NCBI RefSeq assembly: GCF_006345805.1
Contig: NC_043002.1
Location: forward strand, 67,642,001-67,706,000
DNA from: Octopus sinensis
Taxonomy: Eukaryota
Length of the DNA: 64,000 bases
Direction of reading: 5' to 3'
Shown here: one piece after another, positions 25,825 through 39,500 of the stretch
How positions within the stretch are numbered: position 1 is the stretch's first letter
Layout: every line of letters begins with the position of its first letter
Position numbers and translations under genes: made by a program
The notes under the pieces: generated by a model
Database searches by the model: none
What the model was told of the DNA's origin: nothing
Seen by the model: the letters and a program-made list of their open reading frames with translations, nothing else

Positions 25825-27020
25825 TAACATATAATATATCTTTTATCTTTTACTTGTTTCAGTCATTGGATTGCGGCCATGCTAGGGCACTGCCTTGAAA
25901 AATTTTAGTTGAACACACAGACCACTGAACACAATTTTTTTAAGCCTGGTACTTATTCTATCAGTTTCTTTTGCTGAACTGCCAAGTTACAGGGAGGTAT
26001 ATATACCAACACTGATTGTCAAGTGGTGAGGACAAACAGACATAAAGACATAAACACACTCACACACACACACATGATGGACTTCCTTCAGTTTCCACTT
26101 ACCAAATCCTTTCATAAGACTAATTGGCCTAAGGCTATAGAAGAAGACACTTGCCCACGGTGCCACACAATGAGACTGGTTGGGAAGCAAGCTTCTTACC
26201 ATACAGTCACAAAAACACACAGCAACATTGGGCATCCTTTTATATATATTTTTTGCAAATATAGATATTTATACTAATATTCACTGAAAATATTTCCTTT
26301 GAATACTTTGATGATATTAATCTAATTGGTACCTCACTGGTACCTTATCATCATTTTAATGCCTGCTTTCCATGCTTGAATAGGTCAAACAAAATTTGTG
26401 TCAAGCAGATTAAGTCTGGCCTGATACACACCAACCTCATCACCAACCCTTCGTCTGTTTGCAAGCAAGGGAGCATTTCCTCATGACCAGACATTTCCAC
26501 AAAAGACCAGAAATGAAAGACTCTGCCTGTATGACAGTGATATTCATTTACAACTATCCTGCAAACTTAAGACACGGTGACACAAACACACAGGTACATA
26601 CATGCACATGTACAGTTTCTGTGTACCAAATTCATTCACAAGGGTTTGGTTGGCCCAGGGCTATAGTGAAAGAACCACACAGTGGGACTGAACCTCAAAC
26701 CAACTGGTTGTGAAGCAAACTTCTTAACCATACAGCCATTCTTGCCAAATTACTATATATATGGCTTACATGATCTAAACTTTAAGGAATTTTCCATTAA
26801 CTTACTCTTTTACATGTTTCAGTCATTTTGACTGTGGCCATGCTGGAGCACCGCTTTTAGTCAAGCAAATCAACCCCGACATATTCTTCGTAAGCCTAGT
26901 ACTTATTCTATCGGTCTCTTTTGCTGAACGGCTAAGTGACGGGGACGTAAACACACCATCATCGGTTGTCAAGCGATGTTGGGGGAACACACACACACAA
27001 ACATACACACACATGCATAT

Positions 27021-27052
<32 letters not shown>

Positions 27053-27826
27053 ATATATATATATATTATATATATGTATATATATATATATGATGGGCTT
27101 CTTTCAGTTTCCGTCTACCAAATCCACTCACAAGGCTTTGGTCAGCCTGAAGCTATAGTAGAAGACACTTGCCCAAGGTGCCACGCAGTGGGACTGAACC
27201 CAGAACCATGTGGTTGGTAAGCAAGCTACTTACCACACAGCCACTCCTGCGCCTATTTAGGAAAAAAATTTAAATACTGAATTTAAGTATATAACAACAA
27301 AACATCTAAATAACTGACAATATTTTATATTTTTTATTAACTGTTTTTCTTTTAAATATCAAAATGAGATATATTTAAGTTTAAATCATAAAAATAAACA
27401 AAATAATACATCATACGCACATACAAATATACATACATACATACACACATACATATATACTTGTATGCATACACACACACACACACACATGCATACGTAT
27501 ATACATATATCCAACAGAAAATGAATTAACAGTGGAACTGCTTATTAGAGAACAATTTTAAGACAATTGTTTTTTTTTTTTGTAAAAAGATAAAATACAT
27601 TGATACAAATTTCAACAAATCCTTCTTTTAATTCTGCTGAAGAGTGTTTAAAATAAAGCTTATTTGTAATAATCATGGCAATTACTGACTCAACTGAAGG
27701 ATTTGAAGAAATAACAACCAATATTAAATTCCAAGAAAGGAAATTAAAAATGTCCAGGGAAATTATAAGACTTATTGTAAATGTGTGTGTGAGATAGGAA
27801 ATGGATATATTATCTATTACCTATCT

Positions 27827-27889
<63 letters not shown>

Positions 27890-28214
27890 TGTATGTATGT
27901 ATGTATATATATATGAGAGAGGGAGAGAAGGAAACAGACAGAGAGTGAGAGAGAGGTAAGTGCTTGCAATAAGGAACTTTAAGACAAGTTTCTTCAGAAT
28001 GAAGAACGTTAAATTGCAATATGCACAGGTATGCACTGGAAGAATTTTGTAGTTGTAGTAGTAGTTTCACAAATATTCAAGGCATCATGTCACACCTGAA
28101 AAATAGTTTTAAAAAAACAACAAAAATAAAAATTAGAAATATTTTGTTAACCCAATGAAAAAATTCAGTCATTGGTTTTGAAAAATATATATTACAATTT
28201 CACAAAACAATAAT

Positions 28215-28568
28215 AACAAGAGTACTCAGAGAGTGCGAATCTCTGCCAAGGCAACACCAATGTCCTTTCAACAATTAGCCAGAGATGAATTTTAAAATGA
28301 GAACATCTGAAATAAACTCGACTGATCTCACAAACATGAATACTAAAAATGAACCTGACTGCTCTCAAAAATTAAATTAAAAAAAACAGAAAAATTATCC
28401 AGAATCCTTGTCTGGTACCAGATTAACCCCAAAATCTAATGAGTTCGTGCCAGTTACGATGCCAAACATCCCTGAAAATTTCATCCAAATCCATTCAGTG
28501 GTTTTTGAGATATCTTGTCCATGGACAAACAAACACAACTAAAAACAATACCTCCGAAGGCGGAGATA
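28215..28568 (+). mobile_element. Helentron/HINE-like non-autonomous element
   Basis: AACAAGAGTACTC start, terminal hairpin CTCCG-AAGG-CGGAG; homologues at about 25257-25628 and partial 53635-53785; family assignment is by resemblance. Confidence 0.6.
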
Positions 28569-29200
28569 ACAATAATAATCCTTTCTACTATAGACACAAG
28601 GCCTGAAATTTGTAGGAAGGGGACTAGTTGATTACACTGACCCCCCACTGCTCAACTAGTACTCACTTTATCAGCCCTGAAAGGATGAAAGGCAAAGTCA
28701 ACCTCAGCAGAATTTGAACTCAAAACATAAAGAGGGATGAAATACTGCTAAGCATTTCACCTGGTATGCTAGCAATTCTGCCAGCTTCCTGCTTTAATAA
28801 TAATAATAACGGCTTCAAATTTTGCTACAAAGGCAGCAATTTGGGGGAGGGGGATAGTCAATTACATCGACCCCAGCATTCAGCTGGTACTTAATTTATC
28901 GACCCTGAAAGGATGAAAGGCAAAATCAACCTTTGAACTCAGAATGTAGTGACGGACGAAATACCTATTTCTTTACTACCCACAAGGGGCTAAACACAGA
29001 GAGGACAAACAAGGACAGACAAACGGATTAAGTCGATTATATCGACCCCAGTGCATAACTGGTACTTATTTAATCGACCTCGAAAGGATGAAAGGCAAAG
29101 TCGACCTCAGCGGAATTTGAACTCAGAACGTAGCAGCAGACGAAATACCGCTAAGCATTTAGCCCAGCATGCTAACAAGTCTGCCAGCTCGCAGTCTTGC

Positions 29201-29241
<41 letters not shown>

Positions 29242-29457
29242 CCCTTCTACTATAGGCAGAAGGCCAGAAATTTGTGGGGAGGGGACTAATTGATTACATC
29301 GACCCCAGTGTTATACTGGTACTTAATTTATTGACCCCAAAAGGATGATAGACAAAGTCGACCTCAGCAGATTTTGAACTCAGAATGTAGGGATGAGTGA
29401 AATACCGCTAAGTATTTAGCCCGGGGTGCTAACAAGTCTGCCAGCTCACCACCTTAC

Positions 29458-29490
<33 letters not shown>

Positions 29491-30137
29491 TAATAATAAT
29501 ATAATAATAATAAACCTTTTTACTAGATGCACAAGGCTACATCACCAGTATTGAGGGGCCTACAAAGACCATAGCCCTAGCCTTCAGGACCAAAATATTG
29601 GTGGTGGTGGTGGTGGTGGTGGTGGTAGAACACCCAGATATACTATTTTTAAAGAATAAGTAACGAGGAAATAGTGTTTTCACACAGCAAGCAAATGACT
29701 TGTTTATTTACGGTATTGAATTCAATTCTGTCCTCAACAAAAATCTGTCCATCGAAAAAAGGAAGATTTGTCTCTCATGTGCTTAATGCCATGAAACCTA
29801 AAGATAATCCCAGGTCCTGTAAATGACAGTTAGAAATAGCAACTAAATCTTCCTCACATTATAACCTATTATCTTAAAAGAGGAAGTGTATACATGTGTG
29901 GGTGTGTAAGAGAGAGAGAGAGAAAAGGTAAGTTCAAAAAGAACAATTCAAACTTTTGGGGGGATTAAAAAAGAGAGAAAAGGTGATTTTAAATAAGGAT
30001 TCATTCATATTCACGAAAATCAGCCAAAACAGGTAATAAGAATATGAAAATAATATTTGAGGCATAAGAATATACAAGTATAAAATGAATCCGTTTCAAC
30101 ATCTCTCCATTTTTTTTTGTTATACTTGTTTATGGTG

Positions 30138-30198
<61 letters not shown>

Positions 30199-30248
30199 TA
30201 TATTTTATACTTGTATATTCTTATATGTGTGTATATATATATATATAT

Positions 30249-30293
<45 letters not shown>

Positions 30294-30297
<4 letters not shown>

Positions 30298-30595
30298 AGG
30301 CGCAATGGCCCAGTGGTTAGGGCAGTGGACTCGCGGTCGTAGGATCACGGTTTCGATTCCCAGACCGGGCGTTGTGAGTGTTTATTGAGCGAAAACACCT
30401 AAAGCTCCACGAGGCTCTGGCGGGGGTGGGGTGGCGATCCCTGCTGTACTCTTTCGCCACAACTTTCTCTCTTTCTTCTGTTGGCCTGCTCGCTTAGCCA
30501 GTGGGGTGGTGTCATTTGAAGGCTAAAACAATGCGAACCGCATTGTGACCAGCGATGTGTAGCAACATCTGATAGCCTGGTCAGTCACGGTGACG

Positions 30596-30600
<5 letters not shown>
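30294..30600 (+). mobile_element. tRNA-headed SINE family D (GTGGAGGCGCAATGGCCCAGTGG head)
   Basis: A-box TGGCCCAGTGG, B-box GGTTTCGATTCC; close minus-strand copy at about 49420-49736. Confidence 0.85.
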
Positions 30601-30627
<27 letters not shown>

Positions 30628-30820
30628 CTCTTTTCAGTCATTTGACTGCAGCCATGCTGGAGCACCGCCTTTAATCGAGCAACTCGACCCCGCAACTTAT
30701 TCTTTTGTAAGCCCAGTACTTATTCTATCGGTCTCTTTTGCCGAACTGCTAAGTGACGGGGACATAAACACACCAGCATCGGTTGTCAAGCAATGCTAGG
30801 GGGACAAACACAGACATACA

Positions 30821-30872
<52 letters not shown>

Positions 30873-30914
30873 TACGACGGGCTTCTTTCAGTTTCCACTC
30901 ATCATCATCGTTAG

Positions 30915-31210
30915 CGGAAACTATCAACTACTTCTAGTTTCTCCCCAAGGAGTGTAATGGAATCTGTTTTCTGAGTATCAATGGTGTCTATTGCCCCTGT
31001 GCATCTGCTGCACATGAAAGCTATCTTCCTGGTTAATTTTCCTTTGATATTGCTGTACCTCTTATGTGTCCATAGCTTGCACTGGGTACATCTTATGGAG
31101 GTTCTACCTACACCTTTTCTACAGATCGAGCGTGGCCACCTACCTGAAGGGGTGTGTGATGAGTTTGCCTTCCTACTTATTATCCCCCATCATAATATCA
31201 AGATATTATG
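30915..31210 (-). mobile_element. RTE/RTE-X LINE RT-region fragment with Cys-rich insert
   Basis: KGVGRTSIRCTQCKLWTHKRYSNIKGKLTRKIAFMCSRC...LGEKLEVVDSFR. Confidence 0.8.
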
Positions 31211-31299
31211 AGGGGGGATAGGAGAAGAGTAGGAAGAGATAATAATGTAAGTAGTGAATACGCATGAGGTATGTGAGGTAGGGAGAATAATCCCCACAA

Positions 31300-31626
31300 T
31301 GCACTACCATGTAACTGTTGTCCTGGGACCATCTGCCCTCTACAAACCCATTGCATTTATAAATGCACCGTCCTCAACACGTTACACAACTCTACAACCA
31401 TATATATATGGGATCAACTATGAATTTTAAACAACAATATGCTGCACATCCCTATTTTTTGAGATATGAGAAACACAGTAAATCTACAAAACTCACCAGT
31501 TACATACATCATCTGAAAAACAGAAATATTCCCTACATCTTGTCATGGTCCATAATAGATTCAGTGCTTCTATGCCAAGGTCAACACTCAGCCTGTAAGT
31601 TATGCCTAAAAGAGGCATTCCACATA
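31300..31626 (+). mobile_element. Penelope-like element GIY-YIG endonuclease fragment (decayed)
   Basis: PCNCCPGTICPL...IYKCTV...YMGSTMNFKQQY..H..LRYEKHSKSTKLTSYIHHLK..I.WSII...CKLCLKE, the typical PLE endonuclease pattern; frameshifted and cut by a MITE. Confidence 0.82.
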
Positions 31627-31630
31627 TTAA

Positions 31631-31851
31631 CCCTTTAGTGTTCACATTATTCTGACAAAATTAATGCTTTTTTATTCACATTGTTTTGAACTAATCATGC
31701 ATTATCTTGTAGCTATGAGATTTTGATGAGGTAGCTGTTCATTTTTAAGATGATATTGTAGGGTTGGTGTGAGAGACCAGATCTGGCTAGTTTGAACGTA
31801 AAACAGGTAGAATACTTTTGGCCGGATATGGCCGGTTTAAATGCTAAAGGG
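31631..31851. mobile_element. piggyBac-type MITE (second family)
   Basis: TTAA|CCCTTTAG...CTAAAGGG|TTGA; relatives at about 13050-13240, 33760-34285, 38023-38243 and its duplicate. Confidence 0.8.
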
Positions 31852-32920
31852 TTGAACAACTCTTCAAACTTATTTTAATTGTTTAATACTACACATATGG
31901 GCAATCATGAGTACATATGCAGATATATGTGCATATGTATATATATATATATATGTGTGTGTGTATGTGCACAGGTGTATTCATATATGCATGCATGTGT
32001 GCATATATATGTGTATGTATATGTTTGTATGTGCATGTGTATGCATGTGTATGTGTGTGTATATATATATGTATGTGTATTGTGAGTGTATATATATGCA
32101 TGCATATGGATTTAAATACACAAGTATGCAGACTTATATAATAATGCATACACACACATATGTACATGTGTGTGTGTGTATATCGATATACACTTCTCTC
32201 TTTCTTTCTCTCTGATTCCTCTACCCGCACTATCACATTAGCCAGTAGAATATACACATAAGTCTATTTATAGTAACTTGACCATTCTTAGTATTCTTCC
32301 CTTCCAATTTGTAGTTTACTACTCACTTTAGAAAACCCTTCCTCTTATACCTTTTCTGTACCCTCTCTTAATGCCATTCTAACATACCACCCCACCACAC
32401 ACACATTCATATCTCTTCTTACCCCTCCCCTACTCCTCATAATATCTTGAGCACCAACTAACACTCCTTTTTCACTTCTTTACACTTTTTTATTTTCTCT
32501 TCCTCTTTCTTTCCTTCTTTTCTCACTTTTTCCTTTGACCTCTCTCTTCATTTTGAAACACACATCTCTTCTCCCCTTTCTATCCACTTAATACTACCAC
32601 TACATTCTCAAATTTTCATTCACACCACAAGACCCCTTTGAATGAACAGTACACGGAATCTATGTTTCCACACTTTCCATTTGTGATGACAAAATATGAA
32701 TTCCTATTGAAATTTACATACCACAGAAAAGAAGCACTTCTACACACCACATTCCTTGGATAATGTAACTATAACAGCAACTACAACATTTTTATACATT
32801 TTTATTTTTATTTCTACATTCATTCTCCTATTTCCCTATATATACCTTATTTGCTTCCTTTTCCAAAATAACTCCTCATATTGAACTCTAATATTTCCCT
32901 CTATTTAACCATTTCACATC

Positions 32921-32968
32921 GTCTCTGATAAAGTGATATCCCTAATATCCCAGAAACAGCTGTAAGAC
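32921..32968 (+). ncRNA. Penelope-type minimal hammerhead motif (degenerate)
   Basis: GTCT-CTGATAA-AG-TGATAT..ATATC-CCA-GAAA-CAGCT-GTA-AGAC; stem I GTCT/AGAC, palindromic stem III ACAGCTGT, GUA triplet, G8>A. Confidence 0.6.
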
Positions 32969-33449
32969 TAACTTTCTCTTTATAAATGTCCTGAAAATTC
33001 CACACAGCCTTGGTTTTGTTGTCTCATTTTATTTAACATATATATCATCATCATCATCGTTTAACATCCGCTTTCCATGCTAGCATGGGTTGGACAATTT
33101 GACTGAGGAATGACGAACCAGATGGCTGCACCAGAATGTAATCTTTGATAGGCTATACCTTAACAGAAGCTTGCAGAAGAAAATAAATATGCTCTTTACT
33201 GTCAGACAGACACACATCCTGTTGACTGTAAATCACTGAACTGTGTGAAATTTAAGTGTAATCTATTGTCAGTGAGTACATTAACATATGTATAGCTATA
33301 TAGCTGACCCAGAGACGATATAATGCAATACTTGTATGTGGCCCAGAGAGACCATGTCTTGACTTACCCATGTTATCAGCTGCTAGTGTTAACAACTTTG
33401 TAGGGATTATTCCAATGTACAACATTTAATTCCATATCATCTTCCAATT

Positions 33450-33735
33450 CAGACTGATTCCTACAATGAAATAAAATTCAAAATATTTTGATAACCAACT
33501 AAGAAGTGACTATAAATATTTCAAGGTTGACTAGAAAAACCCTGCTGCCACTTAATAGCTCAAAGCAATGAAACTATATACACACTTAGAAAAAATGTCA
33601 AACTTGCTAACAGGATGCAACTTCAGGAGCCAATGTCAAACCTGGTAACAGGATGCAACTACAGGAATAGAACTGCCTGTCCACTCAATGGCAAGTACTT
33701 TACAAAAGAACTAAAGTACTATGTCAACGTATTAT
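33450..33735 (+). mobile_element. Second Penelope-like fragment
   Basis: GCNYRNRTACPLNGKYFTKEL resembles the CNC..CPL.G.CL motif preceding PLE GIY-YIG. Confidence 0.6.
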
Positions 33736-33931
33736 AAAGGGTCACAGGAAATAGGTTCAATCTTTTAGCATTAGCATTTAAGTCAGCTATTCCCTGCCCA
33801 AATGTTGTATAATGATTAAACCAGCCAAATCCAGCCTTTCACACCTATCTTACAATGTCATTCTAAAAATAAACATCATTGAAATCTTAAAGCTATGAGA
33901 TAATGCATGATTAATTCAGAATAATGTAAAT

Positions 33932-34262
33932 CAGGAGTTCTCAACCATTTTAGACCCCAATGATCACTACTTTATTCTGGTGGGCCCTTGTAGCCAGTTG
34001 ACGTTTAAAAACTATTTTTATGGAATGTTATTTATTAATGTTTTCACACATCAACTTGTGTAGGTTGAATTATGTAAAATGTTAGAGAAAGAAACCCAGC
34101 TGTTTCTTGCAATACATACCAATACATACAACTAAAGCAATTTTTTTTCAGGGGCCCTTAAAATACTATTGTGGATCCCCAATTTACTATTTTGTTGTGG
34201 GGACCTCCAAAAATCTTATGTGAACCCTTAGGGATCATATGGATCCCGGTTGAGAACCACTG
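33932..34262. mobile_element. hAT (Charlie-like) MITE nested in a piggyBac-type MITE
   Basis: TIRs CAGGAGTTCTCAACC / GGTTGAGAACCACTG; 8-bp flanks ATGTAAAT / GTCTAAAT. Confidence 0.75.
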
Positions 34263-34764
34263 GTCTAAATGTTAAATGGTTAAAAAGAGAAAAGAACGGA
34301 AATTTCCAGATTTTAATTAAGACATCAATGTTTACCAAGTTGTCACACAACCAACTGACCAATGCTATTCAGGAAGAGAAGTATAAGTCTTCTGTCTTTG
34401 CCTGGTCAACATTTGAACATCATCACCAATTGCTTTGGGAAAATACATGAAGGAAAGGAAATTTGGAACAGTGATGGAGTGAAGCTTTACCTCTGAATAC
34501 ATTCACCCAACCACTTACATACAGACTCACTAACCAATGTTATAGAGGGTCAGAGGAAAAGATACACGAGGCATTTTGTCCAATGCTTCTACAGTTCTGT
34601 CAATTCACCAAACCTGATTGATACTTTTTCCTCAAACTCAAAAGAATGAAAGGCAAAGTTGATTTTGGTGAGGTTTGAACTCAGTGTGCCAAGAGTTGGA
34701 ACAAATATCACAAGGAATTCTATCCAAACATCTGTATAAATTGACCTATTTAACTTACTGATCA

Positions 34765-35060
34765 ACTGTCATTTACATCCAGATCAACAAAAGTTACAGC
34801 CAGATAGGCCTCATTTATATTTTAGGTCAAGCTAGTTTACATCCATTTCGACCTAGGTCAACTAATTTACATAAAGATAAATCTAATTTAAATCTAGATA
34901 AACCTAAATTCCATCTAGATCGACCTTAATTTACATTCTAGATGGAAGTAATTTACATCTAGACTGATCTTGATTGACCCAGTTACATCTTCATAGACTT
35001 AATTTATGTCAAGACAGACCAAACCTAATTTACATCCAAATTGACCCAGTTACGTCAAGA
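34765..35060 (+). repeat. Degenerate about 21-bp minisatellite
   Basis: Recurrent AATTTACATCTAGATCGACCT-like units. Confidence 0.65.
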
Positions 35061-36379
35061 TGGCTCGACATAATTATTATGGATAACTAAGTGTTAACTC
35101 ATTGCAATAATAATGTCAAGACACTATCAGCCAACACTTCAACCTCAAACCAGATACATTTTCAACTTAAACAGATGTAATTCTCTTACTCTATGTCTCA
35201 CAAAGAATTATAGCTCCCTCTGGTGTTTAATATTTTCAATTTTTTTTATCTTTTTATTTATTTCAGCCGTTAATCAGCAGCTATGCTGGGGCATTGCATT
35301 GAAGAATTTTTAGTTGAATGAATCAACCTCAGTACTTAAAAGTCTGGTACTTATTCTATTGGTCTCTTTTGCCAAACTGCTGTAAACACACCAACACCGG
35401 TTGTCAAACAGTGGCAGAGGACAAACACAGACACAAAGACACACAAGATGGGCTTTTAGTTTCCATCTGCAAATTCCACACACAAAGCTTTGATTGGTCC
35501 GATGCTATAGTAGAAGACACTTGCCCAAAGTGACATTTGCCCATGTGGTTAGGAAGCAAACTTCTTATCACATAGCCACACCTGCGCCTAAGAAACTTTT
35601 TCATCTTTTCCCTTTTTTTTTCTAATAAACTGATTTGAAAATTGGCATAATTTCTAGGCAGTTATTAACACATAAAGTACAATGAGCCATGATTGTGGCC
35701 ATCAGGCACAGATCGACAGGCCACGATCATGGCCCAGATAGATGCATTTAATTTATGGGCGTTTGTTGGGGTCTAATGTCACTCAAACGCTCCGATATCC
35801 CCCAGAATGCAAGAGGACTAATAGTTCAACTTATGGACTTTTCAGATGATGTAAAACTTGCCACCATTATATACTAAGAAGATATTTTAAGTATTTTTTT
35901 GTTTTCTATGTGTGCATGGTAGTCTCATTTTCATAAAATGTGCTCAGCAGTCCATGCTATGTAAGTGCAAATCCCAGCACTTTATGGGTTAAACTTATTT
36001 AACAGCAGTCCACATAGTTGTGGGTATGTTTCATTAAGAAGCTTGCTTTGCAAACATGTAGTTTCGAGTTATGTCCCCTTATGCAGCACATTTTCCCCAT
36101 TCATCTCGATCTTCCATAATGGTTCTCAGCTCCTGTACCCCCTCCATACCTATTTCTTTACTACCCACAAGGGGCTAAACATAGAGGGGACAAACAAGGA
36201 CAGACATAGGTATTAAGTCGATTACATCGACCCCAGTGCGTAACTGGTACTTAATTTATCAACCCCGAAAGGATGAAAGGCAAAGTCGACCTCGGCGGAA
36301 TTTGAACTCACAACGTAACGGCAGACGAAATACCGCTAAGCATTTCGCCCGGTGTGCTAACATTACTGCCAGCTCGCCG

Positions 36380-36545
36380 CCATACCAGTATCCTCCAGCA
36401 AGTTGTTGATATAGGTCCTCTTCCTCCATCCTCTCCTGGTTCTTCCTTCCATTGGTTCCCAGTGTACTAGCTTGTTAGCAATTTCATCAGTGTGTCTGAC
36501 GCAGTGTCCAGCTAGCCTCATCCTTCTATGCAAGTACTAAAGTCA
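36380..36545 (-). mobile_element. RTE LINE C-terminal fragment
   Basis: RRMRLAGHCVRHTDEIANKLVHWEPMEGRTRRGWRKRTYINNLLEDTG. Confidence 0.8.
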
Positions 36546-39500
36546 ATTTATTCGAGTAAAACCCTTCTAGGCAATGCCCCAGCATGGCCGCAGTCCAACG
36601 ACTGAAGCAAGTAAAACATAACAGATTAAACATATGAGCATTTTGAGGGTAACATTGATTTGAGTTAACCAACAATATCTCGTTAAATATCTCCTATGTT
36701 GAAAAATCTGTCAGTGTTGGAGGATATTTTCTGGTTCAGTGGACATTGTAACTCTGTAATGAATACTGAAATCTTTTGTGATTTTTTACTTTAATCCTGT
36801 TCACAAGGATTTTACCATGCTCTATATATAACTACTTAATCTTGTAGTTACTCACAAGTCAACCAATAAGGAGTTGTAGATGACAAAAGACACATATCCG
36901 GTTCAATGTTTGTTGGCTTCAACAACTATGTCAACAGCAAAATATGCTTAGTTGTGATTAAGTGATTGGGTAAATTTTAGAAGGAAAGCACCAGCTGATT
37001 GTTATTGCTTATCAACAGAAGTACCTGGATGTCCAAAGAATTTAATTTTCTGGCCATTCATCTTTTATCATTTACTCGTTTCAATCATTGGACTGTGGCC
37101 ATGCTGGGGCACTGCCTTGGAGAATTTTTAGTCAAACCAACTCATTACTTGTTTTTTTAAAATTTGGTACTTATTCTATGGGTCTCTTGTGCCTAGCTAC
37201 CAAGTTACAAGGACAAACACTGGTTACCAAGCAACAGAGGTGGATAGACACAGACACACACACACCTATATGACCATCATCATCATCATCAGTTAATGTT
37301 CATGTTCCGTGCTGGCACAGGCTGGATGGTTTGACAGGATCCAATGGGTTCAAGGACTGCATCGTGCTCCAGTGTCTCCAGTGTCCTACAACCTGATGCC
37401 CTTCCTGACACCAATCTTTTAGGAGAGGGACACTCTGATATAAAACCTGCAGTTTCACATGGAAACTGGTCATCTTGCTTTAGCCAGTCACTAGGTATTA
37501 ATCACGGACACTCAGGGAGTGGTATCTATGTTGTACAAGCATTTATTACTATAATTCCATGATGCTCAGATGTCTCTTTATAGTGACAGTGTATGCAGTA
37601 TGCTTATTTTTGTAGCACTGCACTAGTGAGGTTCTGAGGCAGCTCACATGGACTACAAAACCTGTGATGGAGGATGGCTTTAGGCCAGGAGTTGAGAGTT
37701 TAAGGCATGAGAAGTAGGTGGGGCAGAACAGGTTCTTGATGTTGAGGAGCTATGTGGCTACTCACATTCAGAGGAGAAAGTGAGATTGAATCACTGGAAA
37801 CTGTAGAGAGATAAATAGCGGTGACAGGGTGACCAGGTGTCCCCCTCAAGGTATGAGGTGAGTAGAAGTGATTAGGGATAGAGAAACTAGGAGTGTGAGT
37901 GGGGAGCTTGCATGAGCATATGAGGTGGGGGAGGGGAGACACAAGAGATAGGTGAAATGGGAAAGGGAAGGGAGTGATGGATAGAAGGGTTGGTTGGAAG
38001 GTGTTAATTCAGATAACTTAAACCCATTAGCATTCAAATTATTCTGTCAAATGTCAAGCCTATTTATTCACATTGCTTTGAATTAATTGTGAATTATCTC
38101 ATAGTTTTGAAATTTCAACAATGTGATTGTTTATTTTTAGAATGACAATGTAGGGTAGATGTAACAGGCTGGACCTGGCCAGTTTGAACAAAAAAGCAGA
38201 GAAGATATTTGGGCTGGATATGACTGGTTTGAATGCTAAAGGATTAAAACAGGAAGTTTGTATCACAGAATCAGGGTTGGGCTTAGGTGAGTTGTTAATA
38301 AAGTTCATCGGTGTGTCTGACGCAGTGTCCAGCTAGCCTCATCCTTCTATGCAAGTACTAAAGTCAATTTATTCGAGTAAAACCCTTCTAGGCAATGCCC
38401 CAGCATGGCCGCAGTCCAACGACTGAAGCAAGTAAAACGTAACAGATTAAACATATGAGCATTTTGAGGGTAACATTGATTTGAGTTAACCAACAATATC
38501 TTGATAAATATCTCATATGTTGAAAAATCTGTCAGTGTTGGAGGATGGTTTTCTGGTTCAGTGGACATTATACCTCTGTAATGAATACTGAAATCTTTTG
38601 TGATTTTTTAATTTAATCCTGTTCACAAGGATTTTACCATGCTCTATATATAACTACTTAATCTTGTAGTTACTCACAAGTCAACCAATAAGGAGTTGTA
38701 GATGACAAAAGACACATATCCGGTTCAATGCTTGTTGGCTTCAACAACTATGTCAACAGCAAAATATGCTTAGTTGTGATTAAGTGATTGGGTAAATTTT
38801 AGAAGGAAAGCACCAGCTGATTGTTATTGCTTATCAACAGAAGTACCTGGATGTCCAAAGAATTTAATTTTCTGGCCATTCATCTTTTATCATTTACTCG
38901 TTTCAATCATTGGACTGTGGCCATGCTGGGGCACTGCCTTGGAGAATTTTCAGTCAAACCAACTCATTACTTGTTTTTTAAAATTTGGTACTTATTCTAT
39001 TGGTCTCTTGTGCCTAGCTACCAAGTTACAAGGACAAACACTGGTTACCAAACAACAAAGGTGGACAGACACAGACACTCACGCACCTATATGACCATCA
39101 TCATCATCAGTTAATGTTCATGTTCAGTGCTGGCACAGGCTGGATGGTTTGACAGGATCCAATGGGTTCAAGGACTGCATCGTGCTCCAGTGTCCTACAA
39201 CCTGATGCCCTTCCTGACACCAATCTTTTAGGAGAGGGACACTCTGATATAAAACCTGCAGTTTCATATGGAAACTGGTCATCTTGCTTTAGCCAGTCAC
39301 TAGGTATTAATCACGGACACTCAGGGAGTGGTATCTATGTTGTACAAGCATTTATTACTATAATTCCATGATGCTCAGATATCTCTTTATAGTGACAGTG
39401 TATGCAGTATGCTTATTTTTGTAGCACTGCACTAGTGAGGTTCTGAGGCAGCTCACATGGACTACAAAACCTGTGATGGAGGATGGCTTTAGGCCAGGAG

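Noticed and set aside
27704-27826. Short plus ORF MAITDSTEGFEE... and a nearby 31-nt exon-like segment (27998-28028)
   Set aside because: No homology recognised and no linkage to other exons.
30294-30365. tRNA-like sequences (also 17641-17712, 14209-14275, 63309-63380)
   Set aside because: They have A/B boxes but no proper acceptor stem, and continue into repeat bodies: SINE heads, not tRNA genes.
36484-36496. Minus-strand GACACACTGATGA hammerhead-like core
   Set aside because: It is coding sequence of an RTE fragment (RHTDE), with no stem II or GAAA.
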